Positions 53,652-64,000 of a DNA stretch of 64,000 bases are shown piece after piece. The first letter of the stretch is position 1. Each line of letters starts with the position of its first letter. Position numbers and translations under genes: made by a program. The notes beneath the pieces are model-generated. The model searched no databases and had not been told where the DNA came from. It was given only the letters and a program-made list of their open reading frames with translations. The DNA is from Schmidtea polychroa (lineage: Eukaryota): NCBI GenBank assembly GCA_044892525.1, contig CM097885.1, positions 8,062,001-8,126,000 on the forward strand, in the 5' to 3' direction.

Positions 53652-54616
53652 TTTGACGCTAAAGTTGACTTATTTAACATTTTCATAATAATTTAATAAA
53701 AATAATGTGATGAACCCACAAAGTAATATCATTTTTCATCAAATTGCAAAACAGTAATAACGTTTTCATAAAATTGTAACAAAGTAATAACATATTTCAG
53801 ATAAATTTTCAACAGTTGTAAAATATTTAAGCAAATTGTAACAAGATTAGAAAATATTACAACAAAGTAGTAACATATTTCAGAAAATTTCAACAAATTT
53901 GTAAAATATTTATCAAATTGTAACTAAAATAATAAAAATATTGCAACAAAGTAATAAAATAATAATGGTAATTAAGACAAATCAATACATTATTTCGAAG
54001 ACGGACAACAAATTAAAAAGAATATTGTAACTAAAATAATAAAAATATTGCAACAAAGTAATAAAATAATACAACATTTTAAACTCTAGATCAATCCATT
54101 TTATAGAAAATTAAATTTTATCTATATAATATATGAATAAATATCCAAGGAAATTACGTTAACGTATAATAAATACAAATTTATCGTAAAAACATGTGTG
54201 TATTACACACAAAACAAGATACATAATTTCTAATCAATCCATTTTATAGAAAATTAAATTTTATCTATATATTATATGAATAAAATCCTAAGAAAATTAC
54301 GTTAACTGTATGAAAAATACAAATTTAACATAAAAACATGTGTGTATTACACACAACATACGAGACATATTTTTTAATCAAGCTATTTTATAGAAAATTA
54401 AATTTTATCTATATAATATATGAATAAAAATCCAAGAAAATTACGTTAACCGCGCGAAAAACTACAAATTTATTGTAAAAACATGTATGCATTACACACA
54501 AAGCATCAAACTGAAATTGTAATTGCGCCATGTTGTAGAGAATTAAATTCTGCCTATACATTGTTACACTTAAATCTCGATCAGACATGTGAAAAGAGAC
54601 ATAAAAGAGAAAGAAC

Positions 54617-55703
54617 AGTAGAGTAGTATGATTGGGGCCATCCAGACCAGGTCACCGCCAGGCCACATATACCCTCTCCCCCCCGTGTGTAAAATAATGT
54701 TAATAATAATATTTATACATCAGTAGATAGATCTTGCACTAAGCTTCAAAATAAGCTATCCAATAATAAATTCGGATAATGGGAACGATAACTTTGGGGC
54801 AAACGAAAACCAGGTCACCGCTGGACCACTAATAATTATATGACCTTGAAAATGATTTTTGGTTAAATGTTAATAACTTTGTTAATATTAATGATGATGA
54901 TACCTTCCATGGATCAATCGAAAGGTCTTAGACCGAGCTTTAAAATGAGGTATCGTTTAATAATATTTGTTGGCGGGAACTCTGTATATTTAAATTTTAA
55001 AATATGACCTTGAAAAATTAAATGATCACTTAATTAAAACAAAAAATTAAATTAAAAAATGACCTTGAAAAAAAATGACCTTGGGAATGACCTTGATGAG
55101 TCACGCGACCTTGAAAAAATAAATGACCTTGGAAATAATAATATTTTGAAAAATAAATGACCTTGAAAAATGGTCTCGGTAAAACTTTAATAACTTTGCC
55201 GATGTTAATGATGATGATACTTTCTATGGCTCAATTGAAAGGTCTTAGACTACGCTTCAAAATAAGCTATCTATTAATAAATTCGGATAATGGGAACATT
55301 AATTTTTGGGATGAGAAAAAGTATGTCCCCGCCCGGCCAATTAATAATATTTTGAATAATAATAATAATTTAACGTTGAAAAGATGGTGGTCATCAATTG
55401 TTAATAACTTTGTCAATATTAATGATGATGATACCTTCTATGGATCAATCGAAAGGTCTTGGACTGAGCTTTAAGATGAGGTATCGTCCAATAAAATCCG
55501 TTGGTGGGAACATTAATTTTTGGGATGAAAAATAGTAGGGGCCATCCCGGCCAATTAATTAAAACAAAAAATTAAATTAAAAAAAAAATAAATGACCTTG
55601 ACCTTTTATTTAAAAAAAAAATTTTTTTTCCCGGGGGGGGGGAGGGGGTATATGTGGTCTGGAGGGGACATGGTCTGGATGGCCCACATCATACTACTCT
55701 ACT
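54617..55703. promoter_or_regulatory. Central unit between the divergent polB genes: AGTAGAGTAG...CTACTCTACT borders, ~70-bp diverged inverted repeats, three direct repeats and clustered TGACCTTG
   Basis: Seen directly; function inferred. Confidence 0.5.
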
Positions 55704-56668
55704 GTTCTTTCTCTTTTATGTCTCTTTTCACATGTCTGATCGAGATTTAAGTGTAACAATGTATAGGCAGAATTTAATTCTCTACAACATGGCGCAATTA
55801 CAATTTCAGTTTGATGCTTTGTGTGTAATGCACACATGTTTTTACAATAAATTTGTAGTTTTTCGCGCGGTTAACGTAATTTTCTTGGATTTTTATTCAT
55901 ATATTATATAGATAAAATTTAATTTTCTATAAAATAGCTTGATTAAAAAATATGTCTCGTATGTTGTGTGTAATACACACATGTTTTTATGTTAAATTTG
56001 TATTTTTCATACAGTTAACGTAATTTTCTTAGGATTTTATTCATATAATATATAGATAAAATTTAATTTTCTATAAAATGGATTGATTAGAAATTATGTA
56101 TCTTGTTTTGTGTGTAATACACACATGTTTTTACGATAAATTTGTATTTATTATACGTTAACGTAATTTCCTTGGATATTTATTCATATATTATATAGAT
56201 AAAATTTAATTTTCTATAAAATGGATTGATCTAGAGTTTAAAATGTTGTATTATTTTATTACTTTGTTGCAATATTTTTATTATTTTAGTTACAATATTC
56301 TTTTTAATTTGTTGTCCGTCTTCGAAATAATGTATTGATTTGTCTTAATTACCATTATTATTTTATTACTTTGTTGCAATATTTTTATTATTTTAGTTAC
56401 AATTTGATAAATATTTTACAAATTTGTTGAAATTTTCTGAAATATGTTACTACTTTGTTGTAATATTTTCTAATCTTGTTACAATTTGCTTAAATATTTT
56501 ACAACTGTTGAAAATTTATCTGAAATATGTTATTACTTTGTTACAATTTTATGAAAACGTTATTACTGTTTTGCAATTTGATGAAAAATGATATTACTTT
56601 GTGGGTTCATCACATTATTTTTATTAAATTATTATGAAAATGTTAAATAAGTCAACTTTAGCGTCAAA

Positions 56669-59600
56669 ATGTGTTTTAAAATATGTCCCGTATGTAAGAC
56701 TAGTGACCCCGTAACATATAGCGTTTTTTATAATAAACATAAAAATCATTTAGATAGGTTTAATTTTAAAAAAGATAGTGTTTTTAAAAGACCCTCAACT
56801 ATAGAAAAAAATAATAAAAATAAAAAAATTAAATTAGATACTTCTTCTTTTGAATCCCAGGTCGGATTGCCTTTTGTGGAATCCAATGATGGATTGGTTG
56901 TCGAATCCCATGATGGATTGGTTGTCGAATCCCATGATGGATTGGTTGTTGAATCCCAGGTCGGATTAGATAATATTTCCCTTGACTCTTGGGATGGATT
57001 AAATATAATACAAATAGGTGGAAATGTTCCAATAATACAAAAAGATCTAAGAGGTACCCATCAAATATTAAGCTTAAATACAAGCAACTTAAATATAAAA
57101 GAAATAATATTTCCTGAACAACTAATAAAAAAATTACGAGATATTATTAACGAATTAGGCTCCGTCAAAATTCAATTCGGAATAACAATCGAATTTGAAA
57201 AAGACGGGGAAATAAAGGTTAATAATATCTCAAATTATGCAAAGCCTTTAACTGCATCATTTTTTGATGAAGGCATTAAGGAATTAAATGAGAAAATTAC
57301 TAATATTACTGAGTTAGGAAGCAGTTGGAATATAAAAAATATCACTGAAATACATTTCACCATAACAAAAATAAGTAGGCTAAGTAGATTAAGTGGTAGG
57401 AGTTTCATTGAAACACCTACTTATCTAAAAAATAAATATTGTTTAATTAATATAAAAAACACCGATGATTCATGTTTTTTATATAGCATTTTAGCTATTT
57501 TAAAATATGATGAGGTTAGTAGTTATGCTAGAAATAGGACATCCAGTTATAATTTATCTGAATTAATATATAATCCATTGGACTTACCCATGAAATTAAA
57601 AGATATTAGAAAATTCGAGGCCAAAAATCCAGGCTTAATAATTAACGTTTTTTCTTATGACAATAACAAACAATTAATAGATAATTACGTATTAAAACAC
57701 CCACATTTAGATATTATACATCGTTCCAAAGTTTTAAATGAAACTGTAATTAATTTACTATTATTAAATAAAGGAAACAATTTCCATTACGTTGCTATAA
57801 GTAATTTAAATAAGTTAATGAATTGTCATATCAACACTAGTTGTCCTACACGCATACGTTCATTATGGTGCCATCGGTGTTTGAATGGGTTTAATAATAA
57901 ACACGCACTAGAAAAACATGAAATATTATGTAAACGTAATCAATTAGGAACAACTCTTTACACCTTCCCTCAAAATAAATTATTACAGTTTACTGACTGG
58001 TCGAAAACAGTAACTCCTCCTTTTGTAGTTTATGCAGATTTTGAGGCTATTTTACCTTCTGATAATGATCATTTCCAACGACACATGCCAATATCTGCTG
58101 GTCTTTTACTTGTAAATAACTTTGACGGATCTAAATCTTATCAGCAGTTCATAGGTTTAGATTGCGTCGAGAGTTTTTTAAGTGCTATAGAGGATATAGC
58201 ATTAAATAAGGTTCTTCCTTTTTATTATAAAATGAGTAGGAAACCTATGATGAAATTAACAAAAATTGAACAACGTCAATTTGTTAGTGCATCTGTTTGT
58301 TATCTTTGTATGAAATCTATCGTCGATCCTGTTAGAGATCACGATCATTTTACGGGGAAATACTTGGGTGCAGCTTGTAGCACATGTAACGTAAATAGGA
58401 AAATAAATAAAATTTTGCCTATCGTATTTCACAACTTGAAGGGATACGATATGCACCATATACTTAAATATGGATTAAATAAATTTAAAAATTGGAATTT
58501 AGGGTGCATCCCAATAACTACGGAAAAATTTATATCTTTGATTGCTCATTTAGGTAAAATTAGCCTAAGATTCATTGATTCGTATCAATTTGTCAATGAT
58601 TCTTTGGCTAAAGCAGTCAAAACTTTGAATTCTTTGCCTTTTACTAATTCTGCTTTTTCTGGCACCATAGTAAGTGAAAAAGGAATCTTCCCTTATAATT
58701 TCGCCACTTCTTTAGATATTCTCCAAACTACTTATGAATTACCACCAATCTGGGAGGGTGTCACTGAGCTTGAGTATGAAAAAGCTCAGGAGATTTGGGT
58801 AGAAACTAATTGCGTAACTTTATTAGATTATATGATGATCTACCTAAAACTTGATTGTTTTCTTTTGGCTGATTTCTTTCATCAGTTTCGGTTGAAATCC
58901 ATTGCTCACAATAGATTGGAACCATTGAATTATTTCGGAATTCCAGGCATGTCTTGGTCTTCTGCATTAATGTCTTTAAATGAACCAATTGAACTCATAA
59001 CTGAAAACGAAATGTTTAGCTTTTATGAGGGTGGAATAAGAGGCGGTCTTACTTTTGTGAATAAGCATTACGTAAAAACCGACGAGAACACTGAGTTACT
59101 ATATATAGATATTAATAATCTTTATGGCTGGGCTTTAAGTCAATCATTACCTTGTGGCGAATTTTGTTGGGTTCTTGATGGATTTGATAAAATAATGGAT
59201 GAATGTAGGAATTTAAATCTTGAATCTTTGTCTTATGGATACACACTTGAAGTTGATCTTGTAATTCCTTCTGAGCTTCATGATAAGTTGGATGATTTCC
59301 CTGTAGCTGCTGAAAAAATGAAACCTGCTGGGTCTAAGGTTGAAAAATTATTATTAACTCATCTTCCAAAATCTAATTATGTTATTCATTGGAGATTATT
59401 AAAATTATATTTGGAACTTGGTGTTAAAGTAACACGTGTAAATAGGGGTGTAAGATTTAAGCAATCACCAATTTTTAAAAAATATATAGATACAAATACC
59501 GAATTAAGATCAAAAAGCGTAAATAGCTTAGATAAAAATTATTATAAATTGCTAAATAATAGTTTATACGGCAAAACAGTTGAAAATTTAAAGAGAAGAA

Positions 59601-60472
59601 TGAATCTTCGTCTTTGTACAACTGCCGGTAAATTAGTTAAATATTCGTCAAAACCGACTTTTAAAAAATCTATTAAAATAGCAGATAATTTAATTGCAGC
59701 ACTATTGAATTCCGATTCTATATGTTTAGATAGACCGAGTTACATTGGTCAATCTGTACTTGATCTATCTAAACTTAGAATGTATGAATTGCAATATAAG
59801 GATCTGGAATCATTTCGCAATGAGTTTAATTGTAAAATTAATATCGTTGCAGGTGATACAGATTCTTTTTTCCTCGAAGTCATTAACTGCAAACTTGAGG
59901 TTCTTTTACCTGCAATGGTTCGAGATAATTTATTGGATACTTCCAATTACAATAGTTGTCATTCCTTATATAGTAAGAACCTTGATTCAGTCATTGGAAA
60001 GTTCAAAGACGAGAATAAAGGTCTTAAATATAAGGAGTGGGTTTTTCTTAGACCTAAATGTTATAGCTTGTTGGGTGATGAGGAAACAAAAAAGGCTAAA
60101 GGTGTAACATTGAAAGGTGGTGACATAAAACATCAGTCATACCTGGATTGTTATAACACTAACCAGATTTTTTCGGTTCCTCAGACTAAAATAACAAGCA
60201 AAAATCATCAAATTTTTACAATTAAAAACACAAAAATAGCACTAACTAACAAAGATGACAAAAGGGTTTGGGTGGGGCAAAATACTAGTCTTGCATATGG
60301 GCATGTAAGATTAAGTGAATTAAATATTGGAGAAAATGTTGGAGAAATTGTTGCAGAAAATGTTTCAGAAAATGGTGGAGAAAATGATGGAGAAGATGAG
60401 GAAGAATTAAATGAAGATTTTGGAGAAGATGACATCGATATCGATGACGTTATTTTGTCCGATGAGGACTAA
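56669..60472 (+). CDS. polB: Protein-primed family B DNA polymerase, second copy, 1267 aa
   Basis: Same motifs; one extra 8-aa VESHDGLV repeat and 5 visible amino-acid substitutions versus the left copy. Confidence 0.95.
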   Translation: MCFKICPVCKTSDPVTYSVFYNKHKNHLDRFNFKKDSVFKRPSTIEKNNKNKKIKLDTSSFESQVGLPFVESNDGLVVESHDGLVVESHDGLVVESQVGLDNISLDSWDGLNIIQIGGNVPIIQKDLRGTHQILSLNTSNLNIKEIIFPEQLIKKLRDIINELGSVKIQFGITIEFEKDGEIKVNNISNYAKPLTASFFDEGIKELNEKITNITELGSSWNIKNITEIHFTITKISRLSRLSGRSFIETPTYLKNKYCLINIKNTDDSCFLYSILAILKYDEVSSYARNRTSSYNLSELIYNPLDLPMKLKDIRKFEAKNPGLIINVFSYDNNKQLIDNYVLKHPHLDIIHRSKVLNETVINLLLLNKGNNFHYVAISNLNKLMNCHINTSCPTRIRSLWCHRCLNGFNNKHALEKHEILCKRNQLGTTLYTFPQNKLLQFTDWSKTVTPPFVVYADFEAILPSDNDHFQRHMPISAGLLLVNNFDGSKSYQQFIGLDCVESFLSAIEDIALNKVLPFYYKMSRKPMMKLTKIEQRQFVSASVCYLCMKSIVDPVRDHDHFTGKYLGAACSTCNVNRKINKILPIVFHNLKGYDMHHILKYGLNKFKNWNLGCIPITTEKFISLIAHLGKISLRFIDSYQFVNDSLAKAVKTLNSLPFTNSAFSGTIVSEKGIFPYNFATSLDILQTTYELPPIWEGVTELEYEKAQEIWVETNCVTLLDYMMIYLKLDCFLLADFFHQFRLKSIAHNRLEPLNYFGIPGMSWSSALMSLNEPIELITENEMFSFYEGGIRGGLTFVNKHYVKTDENTELLYIDINNLYGWALSQSLPCGEFCWVLDGFDKIMDECRNLNLESLSYGYTLEVDLVIPSELHDKLDDFPVAAEKMKPAGSKVEKLLLTHLPKSNYVIHWRLLKLYLELGVKVTRVNRGVRFKQSPIFKKYIDTNTELRSKSVNSLDKNYYKLLNNSLYGKTVENLKRRMNLRLCTTAGKLVKYSSKPTFKKSIKIADNLIAALLNSDSICLDRPSYIGQSVLDLSKLRMYELQYKDLESFRNEFNCKINIVAGDTDSFFLEVINCKLEVLLPAMVRDNLLDTSNYNSCHSLYSKNLDSVIGKFKDENKGLKYKEWVFLRPKCYSLLGDEETKKAKGVTLKGGDIKHQSYLDCYNTNQIFSVPQTKITSKNHQIFTIKNTKIALTNKDDKRVWVGQNTSLAYGHVRLSELNIGENVGEIVAENVSENGGENDGEDEEELNEDFGEDDIDIDDVILSDED

Positions 60473-60659
60473 TTTTATTGAATAAATTTTATATCTTTAC
60501 ATTTGTTATTTGGTAAATTTTTATGTTTGTTATGTGTCTAGTTCATTTTTATGTGTTTAGTTAATGTTTATATGTTTTGTTATGTGTCTAGTTATTTTTA
60601 TGTGTTTAGTTAATTTTTTATGTGTTGTATAGTATTTGGTTGATATATTATTAATATTA

Positions 60660-60709
<50 letters not shown>

Positions 60710-62999
60710 TCATAAAAATTTTCATTAAAAATTATCTTAAAAATTATTCTATTAAAATTTCCATTAAAAATTACCATTGAAAATTATTCATAAAAATTTC
60801 TATTAAAAATTACTTAAAAAATAATTCATTAAAATTTCCATTAAAAAATTTCAATTCTCAAACACCTTCTATTTTTGTTAATAAATTTAAAAATCTTACT
60901 TTAATTTACTTATTACATTACTTTAATTTACTTATTTAAAAATTATTACTTTAATTTACTTATTTAACTTTAATTTAAATTTTTTTTTACCATTGATTAT
61001 TTAATTTTAAAATTTGGACCTTAATTAACTTTAATTTAATTTTTAGAACCATAATTTACTTTAATTTTAAAATTTTTGACCATTATTTACTGTAATTTAA
61101 TTTTTAGAACCATTATTTACTGTAATTTAAAATATTTGGACCATTATTTACTTTAATTTAATTTTTTAGAACCATTATTTACTTTAATTTAAAAATTTGG
61201 ATCATAATTTACTTTAATTTAAATTTTTGGACTGTAATTCAAAAATTTTGACCATAATTTACTTTAATTTAATTTTTAAGAACCATAATTTACTTTAATT
61301 TAATTTTTAAGAACCATAATTTACTTTAATTTAAAAATTTGGACCATAATTTACTGTAATTTAATTTTTTTAGAACCATTATTTACTTTAATTGAAAAAT
61401 CTTAGCCCATAATTTACTTATTTAGACCATAATTTACTTTATTTCAAAAATAAATCTGAACCTTGATTTACTTAAATTTTTAGACCCATCATTTACTTTA
61501 TTTTTAAATTTTAGACCCATAATTTACTTTATTTTAAAAATTTACTATGCGTTTTTTAATGTAAACCACCTTTTCTATTGAAATTCTCATGACCAAGAAG
61601 ATCCCCTCACTATAGTGTGAAAAATCCATGCTTTTTTATTGAAGACTACCTTTTTCTATTGAAATTCTCAGGACCAAGGAGACCCACCCAAATAATATTT
61701 ATCCTTGGCTTGTTTATTGAAAAAAAAAAAAAAAAAAAATTTGTATTTAAAATCCCAGAAAACATTGGGCATTACGGCAACAATTATGTAATCAAAAAAT
61801 GTCTACGGAAAAAGTTATGCAATCAAAAGTTTGCAACATTTTTTACCCCCCCCCCCCCCCCCCCCCTATTGCTGCCGCGGGCCACTAACTCCCTACTCTC
61901 GCCCTTAGTCGAACCTATCTTGTCGGGATCAACAAAGAAAGCGAACTCCCAGACGACCTCAATCAAGAGTGTGTCTTCCACGATAGTTAATCATGTCGTC
62001 GAATCTACCCTCTCTGCTCCAAAGAAGCTTAAGCGTACTTCTTCAGCGGAAAAGAATCAAAAGCGTCAAGACACCATTGCGGCATTAGAAGCTTCCATAT
62101 TTGCTGCTCAAACCTCCAATAATATGATTCCCCAACCAAATGTGCCCGTAGGAACGGAAATTTATCGTCTCGTTCCTGCTGTAGAAACCAGAATAAATGG
62201 AAGACGCTCGGCTCCAGGTTGATATCGACGCCCTAATAGCCGAGGGTGAAGTGTTTTGACGATTTTTCGACATCTGATTCGTGAAAAGATTTTCTAATCC
62301 ACTCGAACATTTCTCCGGATATCCTGTGTAATAAACGAACTTGTTGTATTGAGTTAAGTCTGGTTTTGTATAACAATTATACTGTGCGACCTTATCTTAT
62401 TAGTTTTTACTGTACGTCTTTTTGATTTTCTGTTAAGCATCATGTTTGAAATCAATCGCCTGAAGTTTTTCGTTACTAAAGTCGTCCTCTTGGACCAGGG
62501 TCGTACTGATTGAATAAATGAACAGGATAAGTCATTCCATGGCACCATTGAACCTGTACCGAGATTCTGCCAGGAGTAGTTCTACCATAGGAGCTCACCT
62601 GCTGGTAGACTCCAACCCATGTGCGCATTTCTAACGTGTTACATCACCACGGGCACACATGAGGGAGATGATATGCAAGTCATACTGGTTGCTTAGGGAA
62701 CACTCTGAGTACGCAAAAAATTTGTTTTTCCCCTAAGTAACCAACACTAGTGAATGTTGCTAATGTTAAATATATGTATAGTTTTCAGTTAAAATTGAAC
62801 TTCATTTCTAAAACTGTTAATAGTGTGACGAATCTTGAGTGGGACGTCTACCGGTGCAAGTTTCCTATTCAAATTAAACCTTTATTGTCCATAAACAAAA
62901 AGGATTTTGACAACTACGCTTCAAGAAAAACCGTTAATAAATTTATTGATGTTTAAGCAGATTAAGAAATGGACGTCAAAAATAATATTTAAGAACTTG

Positions 63000-63480
63000 A
63001 ATAATGATCTCATATCCATACACAACGCAGAACACTTTATTCAGTTTTGATTACAATTACAAATTGCCACTGTATTTGCACCTTCCTTTCAAAATAATCT
63101 ATAAGGTGGTTTGCCCAATCACCTTTAATAATTTTCTTTAATTTCACTTAGATCATATTTTAGTTTCTCTCGGAGTTTTGCAAACGTTCACAAATTCTTT
63201 ATTGCTTTATTCTACCAACTGGAAATTCGCTTTTCAACAGTTCTCTTTTTATTCTCTGTACTTCAAAACAATTTAATTGCTATCCAACAATTATTCCCTC
63301 ACTTCGGGTCTAATTGCATCAACAATAAGTAAATTGCTCGACTCCGTTTTTCATGCTTTATCTAAACTTATTATAATAATTTAATAATCTCTGGCGCTTC
63401 TCTCACTTTTCAGCAGTCTATACACATCGGGTTTTACAAATTGCTCGGGTGTTCTATTGACTCGGGCTTTCCATTAGATG
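63000..63480 (-). pseudogene. Possible degenerate Gypsy gag fragment
   Basis: LNCFEVQRIKRELLKSE resembles LHCATEKTLKRELCQSD at 13843-14058. Confidence 0.3.
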
Positions 63481-64000
63481 ATGAATAAATTTTCATTAAT
63501 TTTATAACATTTCCTAGAGAGCCATCACTAAGTTTTTATTATTATTTTTGGACTCGTCTCATAATTTGGCGTTCAGCGATATTCATTCCCTATCAATCAA
63601 TATTATTTTTCAAAATTATTTTTATTAATTTTTGCACTTTTGTCATTTCAATATTTTCATTGATTTTATTTGTGTTTCAATTTCTATATTGTGTTTTTCG
63701 ATATTACCTGTACAATGGAGCAAGAAAACCGAAAACTTCACTTTATTGCTTGATTTGGTGATTAGGAAATATATTTTGTTTCTGTATTTGTTTTTCTACA
63801 TTCCATAAAGATCTCAATTAGAGGGGAGGCTGAAAAGTTGCGTTCTCAAAGATGGAGAAAGACTCAACAGAATTCATTATCAAGATTATTTTATACTCAT
63901 CAAGATTATTTTGTCAGAAGTTCAAAAGTGAGTATAAGACCTAATTGTTATGATAGTTAAAATATCATATTTATTCAAGATCAAAAGTCAAAATTGAAAT

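Larger units (their letters stand above)
48449..61897. mobile_element. Palindromic pPolB-only Polinton-like element B (13,449 bp) with 6-bp TSD CTCGCC
   Basis: CTCGCC(48443-48448)|AGTAGGGAG...CTCCCTACT|CTCGCC(61898-61903); the two arms are reverse complements. Confidence 0.92.

Noticed and set aside
49909..60435. Small ORFs overlapping polB (likewise 3342-3692, 5909-6292 and 24124-24882)
   Set aside because: Antisense or alternate-frame shadows of real genes, with no motifs
48449..61897. Palindrome as a pure assembly fold-back artefact
   Set aside because: Distinct flanks with a direct 6-bp TSD, a unique ~1-kb centre and arm-specific variants argue against it; read-level confirmation is still needed
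61617..62222. 201-aa ORF (and its mirror at 48458-48718)
   Set aside because: Reads through TIR homopolymers into the target-site sequence

Overview
This is AT-rich eukaryotic DNA with very short spliceosomal introns; it looks like an invertebrate, possibly a flatworm (inference). Two complementary Polinton/Maverick (adintovirus-like) modules dominate the window. (A) 1-10640, left end just outside the window, is bounded by terminal inverted repeats (TIRs). It encodes a DDE integrase with chromodomain, major and minor capsid proteins, an adenain-type protease and core proteins. It also carries unusual cargo: a TBP-like protein, a spliced Bcl-2-family gene, and a secreted or GPI-like coiled-coil protein. 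Several of its genes have introns, including an (ATT)n-microsatellite intron in the integrase. No pPolB or packaging ATPase is visible in it. (B) 48449-61897 is a 13.4-kb near-palindromic element with AGTAGG...CCTACT termini and a perfect 6-bp target-site duplication (TSD; CTCGCC). Its only recognisable genes are two intact, slightly different, divergently oriented protein-primed PolB copies, one in each ~6.2-kb arm, and it has no integrase. A relic terminus related to B ends at 35590. Host genes are MOCS2A, MED26, a MENTAL-domain (STARD3NL-like) gene and a TRF-type Myb exon. The rest includes hAT, MITE and Gypsy relics and a 61-bp satellite. The main hypothesis is a split (bipartite or multipartite), trans-complementing Polinton system.
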